Part shown: positions 62,837-64,000 of the stretch, in pieces
Layout: every line of letters begins with the position of its first letter
Position numbering within the stretch: the stretch's first letter is position 1
From: an uncultured Actinomycetes bacterium
GTDB lineage: Bacteria; Actinomycetota; Thermoleophilia; Gaiellales; Gaiellaceae
Direction: 5' to 3'
Assembly: GCA_963701395.1 (NCBI GenBank)
Contig: CAVOZU010000007.1
Coordinates: forward strand, 514,053 to 578,052
DNA: 64,000 nucleotides
Made by a program: the position numbers and the translations under genes
Notes under the pieces: model-generated
The model's input: only the letters and a program-made list of their open reading frames with translations
Databases searched by the model: none
Told to the model about the DNA's origin: nothing

Positions 62837-64000
62837 ATGCCGAAGACAGAGCCCCGTCATCGCCCACGAGGCAAGCACGTACGGCGACAGTGGCCGCTGC
62901 AAATGAATGCGCTCGGAGGCCGCTCGGCCCGAAGGAGCTTCTCCTATCACGCCTACGTCCCGAACCTGATCGGCGAGGAGGAGTTCCAGCTCACCTCGCA
63001 GGTCGCCGCCGCCGCGGCAAACGCCGAGCAGGCGACGAGGCAACTCAATGAGGCACCTCCCCGTGGGCTCAACTTCGAGTCACTTGCTCGCCAGCTCCTT
63101 CGGGCCGAGTCTGTCGCCTCTTCACGCATCGAGGGACTGGTGCTCTCTCATCGACGTCTTGCGAAGGCTGCGTTCACTGCCGAGACCGCTGACGTCACCG
63201 CGCAGAGCGTCCTTGCCAACATCAGGGCCCTTGAGCTAGCGGTCGAACTCGCGAGCGAGGTTGACGAGCTTGCGAGCGAGCACATCGTCGAGATCCACCA
63301 ACGGCTCCTGGAAGGAACGCGCGACGCCCACCTGGGTGGCGTCGTGCGGGAGGAGCAGAACTGGATCGGCGGCGACGCCACGAGCCCGCGGAATGCCGAG
63401 TTCATACCGCCGCCGCCGGAGGTCGTGCCCGAACTGCTGGACGACCTCTGCAGGTTTCTGAATCGGGAGGACGTCCCTGCGGTCCTTCAGGCAGGGATCG
63501 CACACGTTCAGTTCGAGACGATCCACCCCTTCCCCGATGGCAACGGGCGCGTCGGACGCGCGCTCCTGCTGGCAGTGCTTCGGCGGCGAGGTCTGGCTCC
63601 GACGTATCTGCCACCAGTCAGCCTCGTCCTAGCCGGCGAAGCCGACCGCTACGTCGCAGGCTTGACGAGCTTTCGGACGGGCAACGAGGAGGACTGGTAC
63701 CGCGTATTCGTCGATGCCGTGTACAAGGCAGCGACCGGAGCAAGCCGATTCGCCGATCGCGTTGCCGAACTACAAGACACGTGGATCGAGTCAGCCGGCA
63801 ACCCGCGCCGAGGCTCGGGTGCGCGACGGCTGATCGAGCTTCTTCCCTCCTATCCGATCATCAACGTCCGTGTCGCCACCGAGCTTCTGGGAGGCAGTGA
63901 TGAGCAAGCTCGCCAGGCGCTCGTTCGTCTCCACGCGGCCGGCGTTGTCCGACAGACGAGCGTCGGCCGGCGCAATCGTGCGTGGGAAAGCGTCGGTCTC
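62837..64000 (+). CDS. Fic family protein, runs off window end
   Basis: ESVASSRIEG inhibitory motif; FETIHPFPDGNGRVGR; C-terminal HTH. Confidence 0.93.
   Translation, partial: MPKTEPRHRPRGKHVRRQWPLQMNALGGRSARRSFSYHAYVPNLIGEEEFQLTSQVAAAAANAEQATRQLNEAPPRGLNFESLARQLLRAESVASSRIEGLVLSHRRLAKAAFTAETADVTAQSVLANIRALELAVELASEVDELASEHIVEIHQRLLEGTRDAHLGGVVREEQNWIGGDATSPRNAEFIPPPPEVVPELLDDLCRFLNREDVPAVLQAGIAHVQFETIHPFPDGNGRVGRALLLAVLRRRGLAPTYLPPVSLVLAGEADRYVAGLTSFRTGNEEDWYRVFVDAVYKAATGASRFADRVAELQDTWIESAGNPRRGSGARRLIELLPSYPIINVRVATELLGGSDEQARQALVRLHAAGVVRQTSVGRRNRAWESVGL

Overview
High-GC actinobacterial chromosome segment. Gene content and many leaderless genes suggest Thermoleophilia/Gaiellales; this taxonomic call is an inference. 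About 1-39 kb is core-like and has no frameshifts that I could see: lpdA/GNAT/E2, pheST, lemA-DUF2207, trmH-rplT-rpmI-infC with an L20-leader-like RNA, thrS, DUF1800-DUF1501-cupredoxin, a TamR-like MarR, acyl-CoA and alcohol dehydrogenases, a complete 9-gene V/A-type ATPase operon with a short subunit I, and a peroxiredoxin. A 172-bp CTAG-targeting MITE sits between the E2 and GNAT genes. Beyond tRNA-Val(GAC) at 39.7 kb lies an accessory region with many indels, probably partly read errors. It holds a compact integrative element (large serine recombinase, small convergent ORF that may be an RDF, HUH rolling-circle Rep, candidate origin) interrupted by an IS982-family element. It also holds an AbiE-like type IV TA pair, a GH5/GT4/GT4-fusion/GH130 glycan cluster, groES-groEL with CIRCE, a YnjE-like sulfurtransferase, an RHH plus RelE-like pair and a Fic gene. 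Many island modules are bordered by a recurring ~17-bp motif (GGGTSAYRTTCCCRAMC), which suggests cassette-like organisation. All calls come from reading sequence and motifs; no database searches were run.
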